Assembly (NCBI GenBank): GCA_002269645.1
Contig: NIVC01003431.1
Coordinates: 34,012-98,011 of the forward strand
Length of the DNA stretch: 64,000 nt
Reading direction: 5' to 3'
Source: Macrostomum lignano
Taxonomy: Eukaryota
The notes below the pieces were generated by a model. The model was given only the letters and a program-made list of their open reading frames with translations, did not search any database and was not told the DNA's origin. Shown piece by piece: positions 1 through 19,900 of the stretch. Made by a program: the position numbers and the translations under genes. The stretch's first letter is position 1; each line of letters starts with the position of its first letter.

Positions 1-851
1 CACAAAAGAATCTCTATTCTCATCTATTTACAGCTGTGAGAGTCCACAAAAGAATCTCTATTCTCATCTAGTTACAGCTGTGAGAGTCCATGACAGAATC
101 TCTATTCTCATCTAGTTACAGCTGTGAGAGTCCATGACAGAATCTCTATTCTCATCTAGTTACAGCTGTGAGAGTCCATGACAGAATCTCTATTCTCATC
201 TATTTACAGCTGTGAGAGTCCACGACAGAATCTCTATTCTCATCTAGTTACCGCTGTGAGAGTCCACAATAGAATCTCTATTCTCATCTAGTTAAAGCTG
301 TGAGAGTCCATGACAGAATCTCTATTCTCATCTAGTTACCGCTGTGAGAGTCCACAACAGAATCTCTATTCTCATCTAGTTACAGCTGTGAGAGTCCATG
401 ACAGAATCTCTATTCTCATCTAGTTACAGCTGTGAGAGTCCACAACAGAATCTCTATTCTCATCTAGTTAAAGCTGTGAGAGTCCATGACAGAATCTCTA
501 TTCTCATCTAGTTACAGCTGTGAGAGTCCATGACAGAATCTCTATTCTCATCTAGTTACAGCTGTGAGAGTCCATGACAGAATCTCTATTCTCATCTAGT
601 TACAGCTGTGAGAGTCCACGACAGAATCTCTATTCTCATCTAGTTACCGCTGTGAGAGTCCACAATAGAATCTCTATTCTCATCTAGTTAAAGCTGTGAG
701 AGTCCATGACAGAATCTCTATTCTCATCTAGTTACCGCTGTGAGAGTCCACAATAGAATCTCTATTCTCATCTAGTTAAAGCTGTGAGAGTCCATGACAG
801 AATCTCTATTCTCATCTAGTTACAGCTGTGAGAGTCCATGACAGAATCTCT
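1..851. repeat. 44-bp minisatellite (~19 copies), presumably in Frizzled intron 1
   Basis: Unit CATGACAGAATCTCTATTCTCATCTAGTTACAGCTGTGAGAGTC repeated head-to-tail from the window start to ~851. Confidence 0.95.
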
Positions 852-1252
852 AGTCAATCTATCCATACATGGAAGCAAAATTCCGACAACCCTCGACAAA
901 AAAGCAGTCAGTCCGAGGCCTCTAATTCGCAGAATTTCTGCCAATTTCTGCAACTCAGCACAGTCGCACGCCTAACTCATTTTGGCTACCAACACAAATA
1001 CAGAGTTTTGGAACCAAGCCAAGTGTGTTGGAGCCTCGACTCTACTAATGATGCTGTTGCCACGAAGTTGGCTAGAGCAAAAGTGGTCCAGGATATTCCC
1101 AAGAGCGTTTATTCGAGCACCGAGTTCGGAGTGAGGATAGAAAAACAGACTCAGAGGCATTCGCGCCCCTTATTTAGCCGCACTGTAGCCGGCATTGCAT
1201 TGGTTTGCACTTTTAATTTCCATGCTCGCCTCAAACCCGACATGCCATGCAG

Positions 1253-7922
<6,670 letters not shown>

Positions 7923-9761
7923 AATTGTGCCCTGTAAAACAACACTCGCACTGTGTACTCTACGAATCCTCCAACGAAGCAATTAAGTTTGATAGGTAGA
8001 TGTAGAGTGTTGTACATTGTGTACGAATTATTTGTGAGCTTATATTTTTCTACCGAATGAGCTAAACCCAGTCAGTTTTATAGACGGCAAAATAAGGTGA
8101 TATTTTTGTTAGTTAAGCCTGTTAATCCTTAATTATTACCAGGATTTGAATTGTGCAACAGTCTTCTATAATGAGACGGACTCTTGCACCCCCAACTTTA
8201 ATGGTTCAGCCTTTAAATGACAAAAGTTCAGTTTGCTGACAATCGAATATTATAATTATTTTAGCTCATTTTTCAATTTCGAATTTTAAAATCACGTTTT
8301 TTAATACTATTCTGTGTTAAACTGTTGTTTAATATGTGCCTACCATGCAGTAGCATGTACCTGTGTAATGAGCTTTGAAAATGTAAATTATTCGTCAAAC
8401 GAACAAAGAACATGACTGCTACTCAATCGCCGCATTGATTGAATTTGTTTGAATCGAACAAACTGTCAAATTTGTTTCCATTTTTGCGCAGCAACTTTTG
8501 CACGTCCTTCTTGCCGCACACATATTGCTGTAAGTTTAAACAAAATGCGCACAATATGCTACTGCACACAGCAGCTGATAAGGAATGCATATATAGAAAA
8601 GCAAATGTTCTCTTTGCTTTGTCAATTTTAATTTTGTTTTTTTTGCAAATTGTGTTCCTTTTCATCTTTCGCACTCTGCTTTCACTCGCGGGTTCAGTTG
8701 AGCTGCAAATGCTATGCTTATAGCTATTTTAATTATCAATGTGCACCCCCGCAACCCTAATTGCAATTTTTGTTTGTTTAAACGCACTGCTTGATGCGAG
8801 CTTTAAAATTCAAAATGACATGTTCAGGTTCAGGTTATGTTAATTTTAAGTTCCTATTTTGAGGGACATACTTGATGTTCATATGTGTTTATATTTATAT
8901 CTTTTCTCTTTATTGTCCTTGCCAACAAAACGCAAATGCAATTCAAAATGCAATGCAATCAAAATTGCTAAAATGTACTGCTTTGATCCGTACCTGCTGC
9001 ATAGGGTGTACGCACTGCACCACATGCAGTATAAAGGATCTCTGCTAGCACATTATGCAGCGTGTAAATATACTGAATTATATAATTATATATACAGTTT
9101 GTCCTAATAATTATTAATTCTACATGTTCAATTATCACGGCCTAACTACTAGTTCAATATTGACAATCATTTTAATTTTAGATTAGATTAAATTACAATA
9201 CATACCTATATTAATTGCCTAATAACATTAATCGAATTTTAATATCAAGAATTAATGTTAGAATACTAGAAACGCTTGATGATATTGTTTAATTAATAAT
9301 TAACATTCCACGATCCGTAACGAGTAGACTGGTTTCCATGGCAATTATGTAGATACAACTTGCTGGCCATGTATGAAAATTGTTGACTCCGAATTGGAGA
9401 TTGTAATAAATGCTGTACACTCCTGTGTGAGTGCGTGCCTGTGCGATGACTGCATGCGTACGTATCCGCGCGCTTGTGTGCCTGTTCAGGGGGTTCGGCG
9501 GATTGGGGGGCAGTATAATGCCCCTCGCCGGTTGTGTAACAATGTCGCTTAAAGTGCGCCAGGTGCACACAGCCCCTGTCTCTAGCTAAAAAGAAAAGCA
9601 TACGTTTATATGTACTGCATTACTAAAAGTACAAATTACGGCACCCGTTGTATGTCAGCATAAACCTGTACATGCATGTACGTGAACCGTTTTAGAGCTG
9701 CGCTACAATTTATGCTCACTCGTGTACGTACATGTACATATGTAGATTTACATATACTGCC

Positions 9762-10015
9762 ATAATGGGCAGATGTGCAACCGACAGCTCAGCCGCAGCT
9801 ATTGCGCGGCGCATCTGAAGGCTGCGTACGGCTGTTCAGTCCAAGGACTGGGGGGGTCGCTACACACCCTCAATTACCCCAGCTAATGCTGGCACCCATT
9901 TTACAGCTGGGTGAACTGAAGCAATGCAGAGTTGAGTGTCTCTTGCTCAAGGACAGAAATTGTTCCGAGTGGGTCGAGAATCGAACCCCCGACTTTTCAA
10001 GTCGAGCGCTGTGGT
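9762..10015 (-). mobile_element. tRNA-derived SINE with CORE-like domain, copy 1
   Basis: Minus strand reads a B-box-like GGGTTCGATTC, then TGTCCTTGAGCAAGAGACACTCAACTCTGCATTGC...CAGCTGTAAAATGGG (CORE/MIR-like), ending CCCATTAT. Nearly identical to 13405-13640 and 52548-52770. Confidence 0.8.
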
Positions 10016-10595
10016 TGTCAAGAAGTAATAAAACAAAATTTTCCCTTGTGAATGTTTACAGTTTTGAGCCTATGGAGTGTAAATAAAAATAAGAACATGA
10101 AACTTTCACTACACAATAGAGTAACATCATGTTGCGCATGCTAAATTACTCGTTTTTTAGGAAATCGGCCTACATAAAATACATGATCTTTCAGCTTCTG
10201 ATCGCCCTGTTAATACTACAGTGGTCCTGCCCGCGACTGCAGCCAAATGGAATCAGTACACGTGTTCAGTGCGTATCCGGGAACTCCCCGAATTAAGTGC
10301 ACCTCATCTGGAATTTGGAATTCCACAATTAGATGAGATACTGGAAATTTATAGCACTAAAAAGCTGCAGAAGACTTCCTATCCCACTAGTCCGACTGAT
10401 TTTATGGCTGTCCATGCAATTGAAAGACAGAGACCTGTTGTACCTGAAGTTTGGATACATTATAAATATTGCAATTATTGTCAGACATCCAATATGGACA
10501 ACTACAGGAGTAGCAAACAAAACATTTTTGATACGTCTTTTTTCGGTGTGCCACAGAATCTGGAATCATTTTATAAATTTAAAGTTTACAGTTTG

Positions 10596-11065
10596 TTTTA
10601 GATTCTAAACACTCGATGCCACAGTTTAGTGTCGAGTTTATTTTAGATTCTAAACACTCGATGCTAGAGTTTAGTGTTGAGTTGATTTTAGATTCTAAAC
10701 ACTCGATGCTAGAGTTTAGTTTAGAGTTTATTTTAGATTCTAAACACTCGATGCTAGAGTTTAGTTTAGAGTTTGTTTTAGATTCTAAACACTCGATGCT
10801 AGAGTTTAGTTTAGAGTTTGTTTTAGATTCTAAACACTCGATGCTAGAGTTTAGTTTAGAGTTTGTTTTAGATTCTAAACACTCGATGCTAGAGTTTAGT
10901 TTAGAGTTTGTTTTAGATTCTAAACACTCGATGCTAGAGTTTAGTTTAGAGTTTGTTTTAGATTCTAAACACTCGATGCTAGAGTTTAGTTTAGAGTTTG
11001 TTTTAGATTCTAAACACTCGATGCTAGAGTTTAGTTTTGAGTTCAGTTTAGATTCTAAACACTCA
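10596..11065. repeat. 45-bp minisatellite (~10 copies)
   Basis: Unit GATTCTAAACACTCGATGCTAGAGTTTAGTTTAGAGTTTGTTTTA; it produces the repetitive ORF 10616-11080. Confidence 0.95.
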
Positions 11066-11814
11066 AAATTTATATTCTAGATACATCAAACGACTGAGCT
11101 TAGTTCTGAATTTCTTATATCCACAGAATGAGCACTACGAGCTCCTACACTCAAAGCAACCAATCGCAGAAGGCCAATTTTTTAAAACAAAGAGTAAGTT
11201 GAATTGCTTTTCGTTTAGTAAATATTTAATAATAATAATAAAATTTGCGTACCAAGCAAGCGGGCATTTTATTAAAAGGTAAAAGTTGAAGCACACCAAA
11301 AGCAATATCTCATCTCTATATTGTTGTTTTCTCAATAGCAAACATAATGAATAGGCGATCTCTACTTTGTAAATATAGGAGAATTACTTGTACAGTATAT
11401 TAGTAGTATTTATGCAGCAGATGTAAAACAGAAGCCTCAGACAGAGATGACAAACTGACAAACAGAGCTGATACTGTATAGATTAATGTAGGATTAGAAA
11501 ATGATTACATTGGCAACTGAGAGTGAACCATAGTACAGGTAGAAAAAATACAAATAATTAAGTAAGCATTAAATGGTAATTATAACAGTACTGGCGGTCT
11601 TGTGTTTTTAAAACGAGGAAGAGGCAAAGAGACAAAAAGTAAACAAAAAGAGAAACTTGACACTGATCAAGGCTAGATAAATAATGATTAATTGATACTG
11701 TAGTTCGACATGTATTTTATTTGACAATCATGATATTGTACACTTGAGATAAACACAAAACTTTATTTATCAGGTCGAGTGCGCCTGTAAACTTGAGACT
11801 GAGACACTATATCG

Positions 11815-12600
11815 TTCATCTCACACCTGAGTCAGCAGCTCATCAATCTCACACCTGAGCAGCTCATCAATCTCACACCTGACTGAGTCAGCATTTCATC
11901 ATTCTCATCAATCCAATCATACCTGAGCAGCTCATCAATCTCACACCTGACTGAGTCAGCATTTCATCATTCTCATCAATCCAATCATACCTGATCAGCT
12001 CATGAATCTCACACCTGACTGAGTCAGCAGCTCATCAATCTCACACCTGACTGAGTCAGCAGCTCATCAATCTCACACCTGAGCAGCTCATCAATCTCAC
12101 ACCTGACTGAGTCAGCATTTCATCATTCTCATCAATCCAATCATACCTGATCAGCTCATGAATCTCACACCTGACTGAGTCAGCAGCTCATCAATCTCAC
12201 ACCTGAGCAGCTCATCAATCTCACACCTGACTGAGTCAGCAGCTCATCAATCTCACACCTGACTGAGCCAGCAGCTCATCAATCTCACACCTGAGCAGCT
12301 CATCAATCTCACACCTGAGCAGCTCATCAATCTCACACCTGAGCAGCTCATCAATCTCACACCTGACTGAGTCAGCAGCTCATCAATCTCACACCTGAGC
12401 AGCTCATCAATCTCACACCTGAGCAGCTCATCAATCTCACACCTGAGCAGCTCATCAATCTCACACCTGAGCAGCTCATCAATCTCACACCTGAGCAGCT
12501 CATCAATCTCACACCTGACTGAGTCAGCAGCTCATCAATCTCACACCTGAGCAGCTCATCAATCTCACACCTGACTGAGTCAGCAGCTCATCAATCTGAC
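11815..12600. repeat. 24/32-bp compound minisatellite
   Basis: Units AGCAGCTCATCAATCTCACACCTG with or without ACTGAGTC, plus occasional longer variant blocks. Confidence 0.93.
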
Positions 12601-13404
12601 ACTGACTCAACACAACCTTACAATCATTATTTACGATGCAGCTTAAAATATGTACAGTATCGCAATATGCAAAAATACTATTTAAACGCACATAAAAATT
12701 ATTATTAAAAAAATTACAAGCTTTGGCCAAATCACGATTATAGGACAGGAGGTTCACCTTTTTCATCTAAGAATATGCTTAAGTGAAAAAATGAGCTAGT
12801 TAAGATGATATTTACCGCGAGAGAAGAGAAGACTTCTACTAAGAATTTCACGCTGACCAATAACCATTGTCACAATGAAAACCCAGATAACTTTCATTGA
12901 GCAGTTTAACCATAACTAACTTATAATAGGTTAATATGCAGTATAAAGCATAATACTAAATAGTTGATAAAGAACTAATATTGTTTTGATCGCATATAAA
13001 GGAACCAAAGAAAAAAAGCACGACAAAAGTACAGATTAAACCAGTAAATATTTTGATCATAGGGTGGTTGGCAAAGAAAGATTATAAACGACTTTAACCA
13101 CAACCAAAGCATGCATTGAGTCAATTTTACAACTATAATTATAACGCAGAGTAAGCGTACCAAACGAAAAAAAACTGACAGCAAGAAATTATGATAACAT
13201 ATTATTGTGTACGCACAGTAAAGCAAATATGCTTACTTCTGCGCTTTGTTAAAAGTACAACTGCAGCTGCAAGTTAGACAGACGGGGCTTGGCTTGCAAA
13301 TTTGAGTTTTAAAGAACACGATTGTTGATGGCAACTCTTGGCAATTCGGCCCATTCCACTGGCTCCTGAGCACATAATAATAGAGTAATTGATTACACCT
13401 ACCC

Positions 13405-13640
13405 TAATGAGCAGATGTGCAACCGACAGCTCAGCCGCAGCTATTGCGCGGCGCATCTGAAGGCTGCGTACGGCTGTTCAGTCCAAGGACTGGGGGTCGC
13501 CACACACACCCTCAATTACCCCAGCTAATGCTGGCACCCATTTTACAGCTGGGTGAATTGAAGCAATGCAGAGTTAAGTGTCTCTTGCTCAAATTGTTCT
13601 GAGTAGGTCAAGAATCGAACCCCCGACCTTTCAGTCGCAC
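13405..13640 (-). mobile_element. tRNA-derived SINE with CORE-like domain, copy 2
   Basis: Same body as 9762-10015 (GCAGATGTGCAACCGACAGCTCAGCCGCAGC... on the plus strand); B-box GGGTTCGATTC on the minus strand near 13615. Confidence 0.8.
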
Positions 13641-13990
13641 ATACAGGCGCGTCAATACCGTACGCAGGCACTCAGACATATACTGGCAAATAAACAGTTT
13701 AAATAAAGCACAGAAACATGGCAGCAGTGAGATGAAAATAGCCACTTATATTTGCTACTTATGCACAGTTAAAACAATCATTTATATGATTATTAATTAA
13801 CAGACAAAACCCTTGGAACAGCAAACAGATTCAAACAGTTCAAACAGAATTCCAGCATATAGTTTTAAAACCATGAAACAACACTCCAGAGAATGCTCAA
13901 AATTTCGAATTTATTTACAAAATCTTTGTTGTTGCCTTAAAATACAATGTTTAAATACCTGTTCTTCATCTCGATATTCAGCACGCAGAC

Positions 13991-16900
13991 TTAGAAAGTG
14001 AATCCGCCACCTTGATCGCCGTTCATTTTGGAATCCAAACCGGCTGGGGGCGCCGCAGTCGCTAAGCTGGCCAGCACCTCAGTTGCCATGGTGTACGAGT
14101 CTCGACGGACTGCGAGTGTTTAAGTGCACTTTAAAGTCAGTTAGATTGGCTTCAGGGTCTGATTGATTGGCTTCAGGGCTGATTGATTGGCTTCAGGGTC
14201 TGATTGATTGGCTTCAGGGCTGATTGATTGGCTTCAGGGTCTGATTGATTGGCTTCAGGGTCTGATTGATTGGCTTCAGGGTCTGATTGATTGGCTTCAG
14301 GGTCTGATTGATTGGCTTCAGGGCTGATTGATTGGCTTCAGGGTCTGATTGATTGGCTTCAGGGCTGATTGATTGGCTTCAGGGTCTGATTGATTGGCTT
14401 CGGGGTCTGATTGATTGGCTTCAGGGTCTGATTGATTGGCTTCAGGGTCTGATTGATTGGCTTCAGGGTCTGATTGATTGGCTTCGGGGTCTGATTGATT
14501 GGCTTCAGGGTCTGATTGATTGGCTTCAGGGTCTGATTGATTGGCTTCAGGGTCTGATTGATTGGCTTCAGGGCTGATTGATTGGCTTCAGGGTCTGATT
14601 GATTGGCTTCAGGGTCTGATTGATTGGCTTCAGGGTCTGATTGATTGGCTTCGGGTCTGATTGATTGGCTTCAGGGCTGATTGATTGGCTTCAGGGTCTG
14701 ATTGATTGGCTTCAGGGCTGATTGATTGGCTTCAGGGTCTGATTGATTGGCTTCAGGGCTGATTGATTGGCTTCAGGGTCTGATTGATTGGCTTCAGGGT
14801 CTGATTGATTGGCTTCGGGGTCTGATTGATTGGCTTCAGGGCTGATTGATTGGCTTCAGGGTCTGATTGATTGGCTTCAGGGCTGATTGATTGGCTTCAG
14901 GGTCTGATTGATTGGCTTCAGGGTCTGATTGATTGGCTTCAGGGTCTGATTGATTGGCTTCAGGGTCTGATTGATTGGCTTCGGGGTCTGATTGATTGGC
15001 TTCAGAGCTGATTGATTGGGTTCAGGGTCTGATTGATTGGCTTCAGAGCTGATTGATTGGCTTCAGGCCTGATCTATTGGATGAAGATGAAGATCAAGAT
15101 TCTGCCAGCAGCATCACTCACCACCGCAGCTATTATCCAGGTGCTGCTGAGTCAAGTCAGGATTCGCATAGGCGGTCATCGAGACGGTGGTCAGAGGCGG
15201 CGGCTGCTGCATCGGGGGCGGCGGAGGCGGCATGGCGGCGGCCTGGCTGATGGGAGTGACCCGGATATCCGGTATTGGGCCAGTGGGCGATTGCGGCAGC
15301 ACTAGCTGGCCTGGCGCCACCTGTTGAGGAGGCTGGGCCGACGGAGATGAAGCAGCTAAGCCGGATAGATCTTCATCCGATTGAGTCATCTGATAGTGAT
15401 GCCAGCTGGATCGATAATTTTGGCCGGAATTATTGCTGTTGCTGTGACAGTTGCTGCTTCCAGGAGCAGTTAACAGTGCGGCTACCAGAGATGGCTGCTG
15501 ATTGACAGATTGCACAGGCTGATTAGCCAAGCTTAGTTTGGTCATGTCACTCTGAAGCATCACCGGTTGCTGCTGCTGCTGTTGTTGTTGTTGTTGTTGC
15601 AAAAGAAGAAGCTGCTGCTGCAGCAACGGAGAAGTCATTGACACGGCTATGGGCTGCGGTGGCAGCTGCTGTTGAACCTGGAACTGCTGGCCATCGCTGC
15701 CAACTGCTCCGTAATAGAAATCTGCAAAGCCGGGCTGCTGCAGCTTCTCAGCAATATTTGTGTCTGATGAAGCCCGGCGAGGGCCCAGCGGGGGGCCCAG
15801 GCCGCCGCCACCGACCCCGCCGCCGCCAAAGTGCTGTTCATCGTACTCGTCTCTGGACCGATGGGTTGGCGAATAAGGATGCGGTCGATGATCGCGGCTT
15901 TTAGAGATGATGTATTCGCGAACTCGATGCTTAGCACTGCTGCTGTGCTGTTGCTGATGAAGGGCGGAGGCTGGGCTCAGAGCATAGCCAGTTGGGGAGG
16001 CTGCATAGGCGCTGGCAGCGTGTGTTGGAGAGCTCACGGGAGAGTTGCTGTAGTTGGGCTGGTGCTGAGGAGACAGGGTCAGGGGGTTGGGCTGCTGTTG
16101 CAATCCCACGGCTAGGCTGGATGAAGAGTCGCTCAAACCGCATTGACCGATTGGGGTTGATGGAGCTGCCGCGGAGTCTGGCGCCGCTGCCGCTGGGTAG
16201 ACACCGCTTGGCGCGGGACTGGCGCCGCCAGACCTGGCGCCACCGGAAACATTTGGCGTGGATACGGTGCGTCTGGCCGGGTCTCCGGTGGACAACTGAG
16301 CAACATTGTGGAGCAGTGGGGGGTAGGGAGTGATCAGAATCCGATTGTCAATCATTTGTCATAGGATCATGACAATCTTCACAAGCTTGAAATTCGTCAA
16401 GTTTTATAAAGCATTATGAAATTTTGACAATAAAAATGTATATTATATAGAAGTGTAGCAGAAATTGCAATTTTATTCAGTAAAAAATTTGAGACACCTA
16501 CTTTAGAAAAGGTAAAATCATTTAGACAATAAACAAAAAACTGCTCTAAACACTTCTATTATAAGGATCATTGAAATAAAATTGACAAACTCAAAGATCT
16601 TAAAGAATTAGCTATAATTGTTTTGGTAACAAGATGTTTTGGTGAAAAAAACAGACCCTTTGATGGCAGCTGTTTTAATTAGGGGTTTTCTAAAATGTTT
16701 AGGTAATGTTTCATTTTTTACTGGAATAAACATGCTGCAATCTTTATTATATTATAAATTTGCTATCTTCTATGAGTATTGATTGTAGTTTTTTGATGAC
16801 CATTTTTGATGACCAAATCTGGTTACCCTATTGCCCATATTGCAGATTGTGATATATATTTACCAGAAAGTATTCAGCTATCTAGTAAAGCATATGATGT

Positions 16901-19900
16901 GACATGACAGTCACATTTCCAATTTTTGGCATGCTTCGTATAAATGTAAAGTTTTGTCCAAAAAACTCTGGCATACATTGGACCCCTTTCTGACAATGCT
17001 TAGGCCTAATATACTGTGTTGCAAGCTTGAAGAAATATAGTTAAGAACTATAAGCCAATAATTGTGCCAGAAATTAAATTGTATTTTTCCTGTATGCCAG
17101 ATGTATACCAGCCAATACCAAAGCATTTATATACTAGATATACACTAGCTAAAGCATTTGTATGCCACAAGTTTTTGGTATATCCTATACTTTCCATAAT
17201 ATAGATTAAAGCCAATAAGGTTTAAATTGTGCCATATGCCCTCCTTTCCTAGGCCAGACTATTCTAGCATACTAGACCATGCCCACATTGCTAGGAGCCA
17301 ATATGCACCAGACCATGATAATGGCTATTGGCTGCAAGATGGTCTAATTACATTTTAACAATGTTGGAGGTTAAGTAACTTCCAGTTTGAAGGAGAGTAA
17401 CTTCAGGCACTTTGGTTACTGGTCCTTTCTAATTTTAAAGAACCACCAATTAAAAGTGCTCAAGCATGTCTTTGTAAAAAAAAAACGTGTTGGTCTAGAG
17501 TTAAACATTCAGTTATTTTTCAAATAAAGATGCTATTTAATATTTATTATTATTGTATCTAAAATCTGACTAAATAAACAAAACCATTATAAAACAAGGA
17601 TTAATAGTATCTGATATATTATGACACTATACTTGCAATTCATAGAAAAGATTTTGGAGGCCAATTTTCAAATGTTGATTCCAACTCTTCAGAAATATGA
17701 GATAATTTTTATGCAAAAGGTGTGTCTTAATGAGTAGGATATTTTAGACAATTTTTAGTTATCTGGGTCATTCTTGTCACCCTACTAGTATTGTGTTATA
17801 GTTTTATAGCAGCCAAACTTTCATGCTTGGGCATAACCTAAGGATTCACCTGGCTATTTCTATTGGCAACATGCGCATGTAAGTCACTATTGGACGGAAT
17901 AGTAGTCCCATGACTGCTCTTAGCCAATAGCAACTTACATGTGTGTGTTATCAATAGAAACAGCTGAGTGATTCCCAAGGTTGTGCATGTGCATTTGCTA
18001 TGTTATATATGCTAGTCAAATGCCATAGTTAGGAAGATGGCCTTTTTCATGGAAAATTCTGGCACAAAAGAGGGTTGGACATGTGCCACGCTGGTGCATT
18101 CTGGTGCAACTATAGGCAAGGGATAAAAATATGGCACAGTATAGCATAAGATAAAAAATTGGCACAATTTGGTGCAAGACAAAAACTTTTAAGAAGACAA
18201 TATTTTCTCTGACAGAAAATTAGCATGTAATTTCTTTTTATTAGCACTTCTTTTTGCTGGTATATTGACAGCTTTTTAATTAATTTACGTTAACATTGCA
18301 TTTTCTATGAAACAGATTAAAAAACAAGTTCTACTAGTGTTTTTCAAATGGAAAATTATTGATTTCTGCATTTTTTTCAAAAAGCTATGGTACACAAAGT
18401 GAGCAAAATTTTTTTGATAAAAATAGTTCTAGCACAGCACAAGCAAGTTTTTTTATAGGATTTGTTCTGGCACATGGTACAATCAAACTTTTTTTGATAG
18501 GATTCATTCTGGCCCAGGTGTACTATGATCCTGAGTATCCTGAGGTCATATACTCTGATGTATGCTGAAAAACTGTTAGACTTTTACTATATGCCAGGAT
18601 TTCCCTTCCCATGTAGCCTTCCAAAATATAAGCCACACTCCAGATTATATAGTAAATGCCTAAAAATTTGGGTGTCCATTAGCCTTGCATGCCAAAAGTA
18701 GGCATGCAAATTTGGTGCGCACTGTGTATCACTCCTAAGAAAATAGTGTGCATATATACCTAGCATCCAGGATGGAATTCTTGTTCAGGGGAAGTAGGAG
18801 TAGGAGAGCTTGAGCATGCATATACTACATGGCACATAACCATGTTGAATGCATATAAAAGTCAAATCCTATTTATGATTCTGCAGCAAACAGCTTCTTC
18901 ACAAGCGCATCAATGGAGTGCACACAGACTTTCTTTAAGAGCGCGCAAGTAGGCTCTTTTTTAGCGGGCATGAATTGAACAATCGCGCACAAATGTGTAA
19001 CAACTTTTGTGCAAGAATTCCATCCTGGCCTAGCATGCATTGCATAGAATCATGCGGAAGAATTAATATGAAAAAAAATTTAAAATAGGTTCATTTAAAG
19101 CATAAATTTTAAGCCTTCTAGGTTTTTAAGCTCATAATAAAGCATTCAAACAAATCTGAATATATTAATTTTCTATTGTAAATAGTATCATCAAAAAAGC
19201 AGAGAAATGAACCAAATTATTAGCCAAAAAATGTTCATTATGCAATTCAAAAAAGGTCATTTATTGTCCATGTTTGGGTGCAACCTTTGTTTCACTTGGC
19301 CATTTCTTTTGGAAACACACACATGTAAGTTACTATTGGACAAATAAAGTAGTCATATGACTGTTCTCAGCCAATAGCAACTTATATATGTGTGTTGCCA
19401 ATAGAAACAGCTAGGTGATTCCAAAGTTGCGCATATATCCTATTATCACAATACTGGCATAGTTTTGAGAATGGGTATGCACTTATTTTTTTGGTATGCA
19501 CATATATGCGCAACCTCCAAAATTCGGTCAGCCATGCGACTTAGTTTTAACAAAAATGCAACATAGTTTTTGGCCAAAAATGCGACTTACATGTAATAAA
19601 AACCCTAAAGCAAAATTAACGCAACTTTGGGTAAATAGCAGAAGTAACTATGACTCTCTTATTAGGTCAAAATGTCTCGTCAGCTACTTAGTAATACTAC
19701 TTTGGTATTTTTTCGGGTGGGCATTTTTGCAACTTCCTTGATTGGCTGCCAAATCGGTCGGCTTGGCCGACTGTTGCGCATATGTGGGTATGCATTTTTT
19801 TTAATTATTTAATTTCTGTTTGGGCATGCTGCATGCACCCCACCTAGCATAATCTGGACTATAGACTATAGAATGCATCTAAAAATGTGAATAGCAAAAG

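Noticed and set aside
9775-10086. MQPTAQPQLLRG... ORF, also at 13417 and 52564
   Set aside because: Antisense reading of the SINE; it diverges after ~30 codons in each copy.
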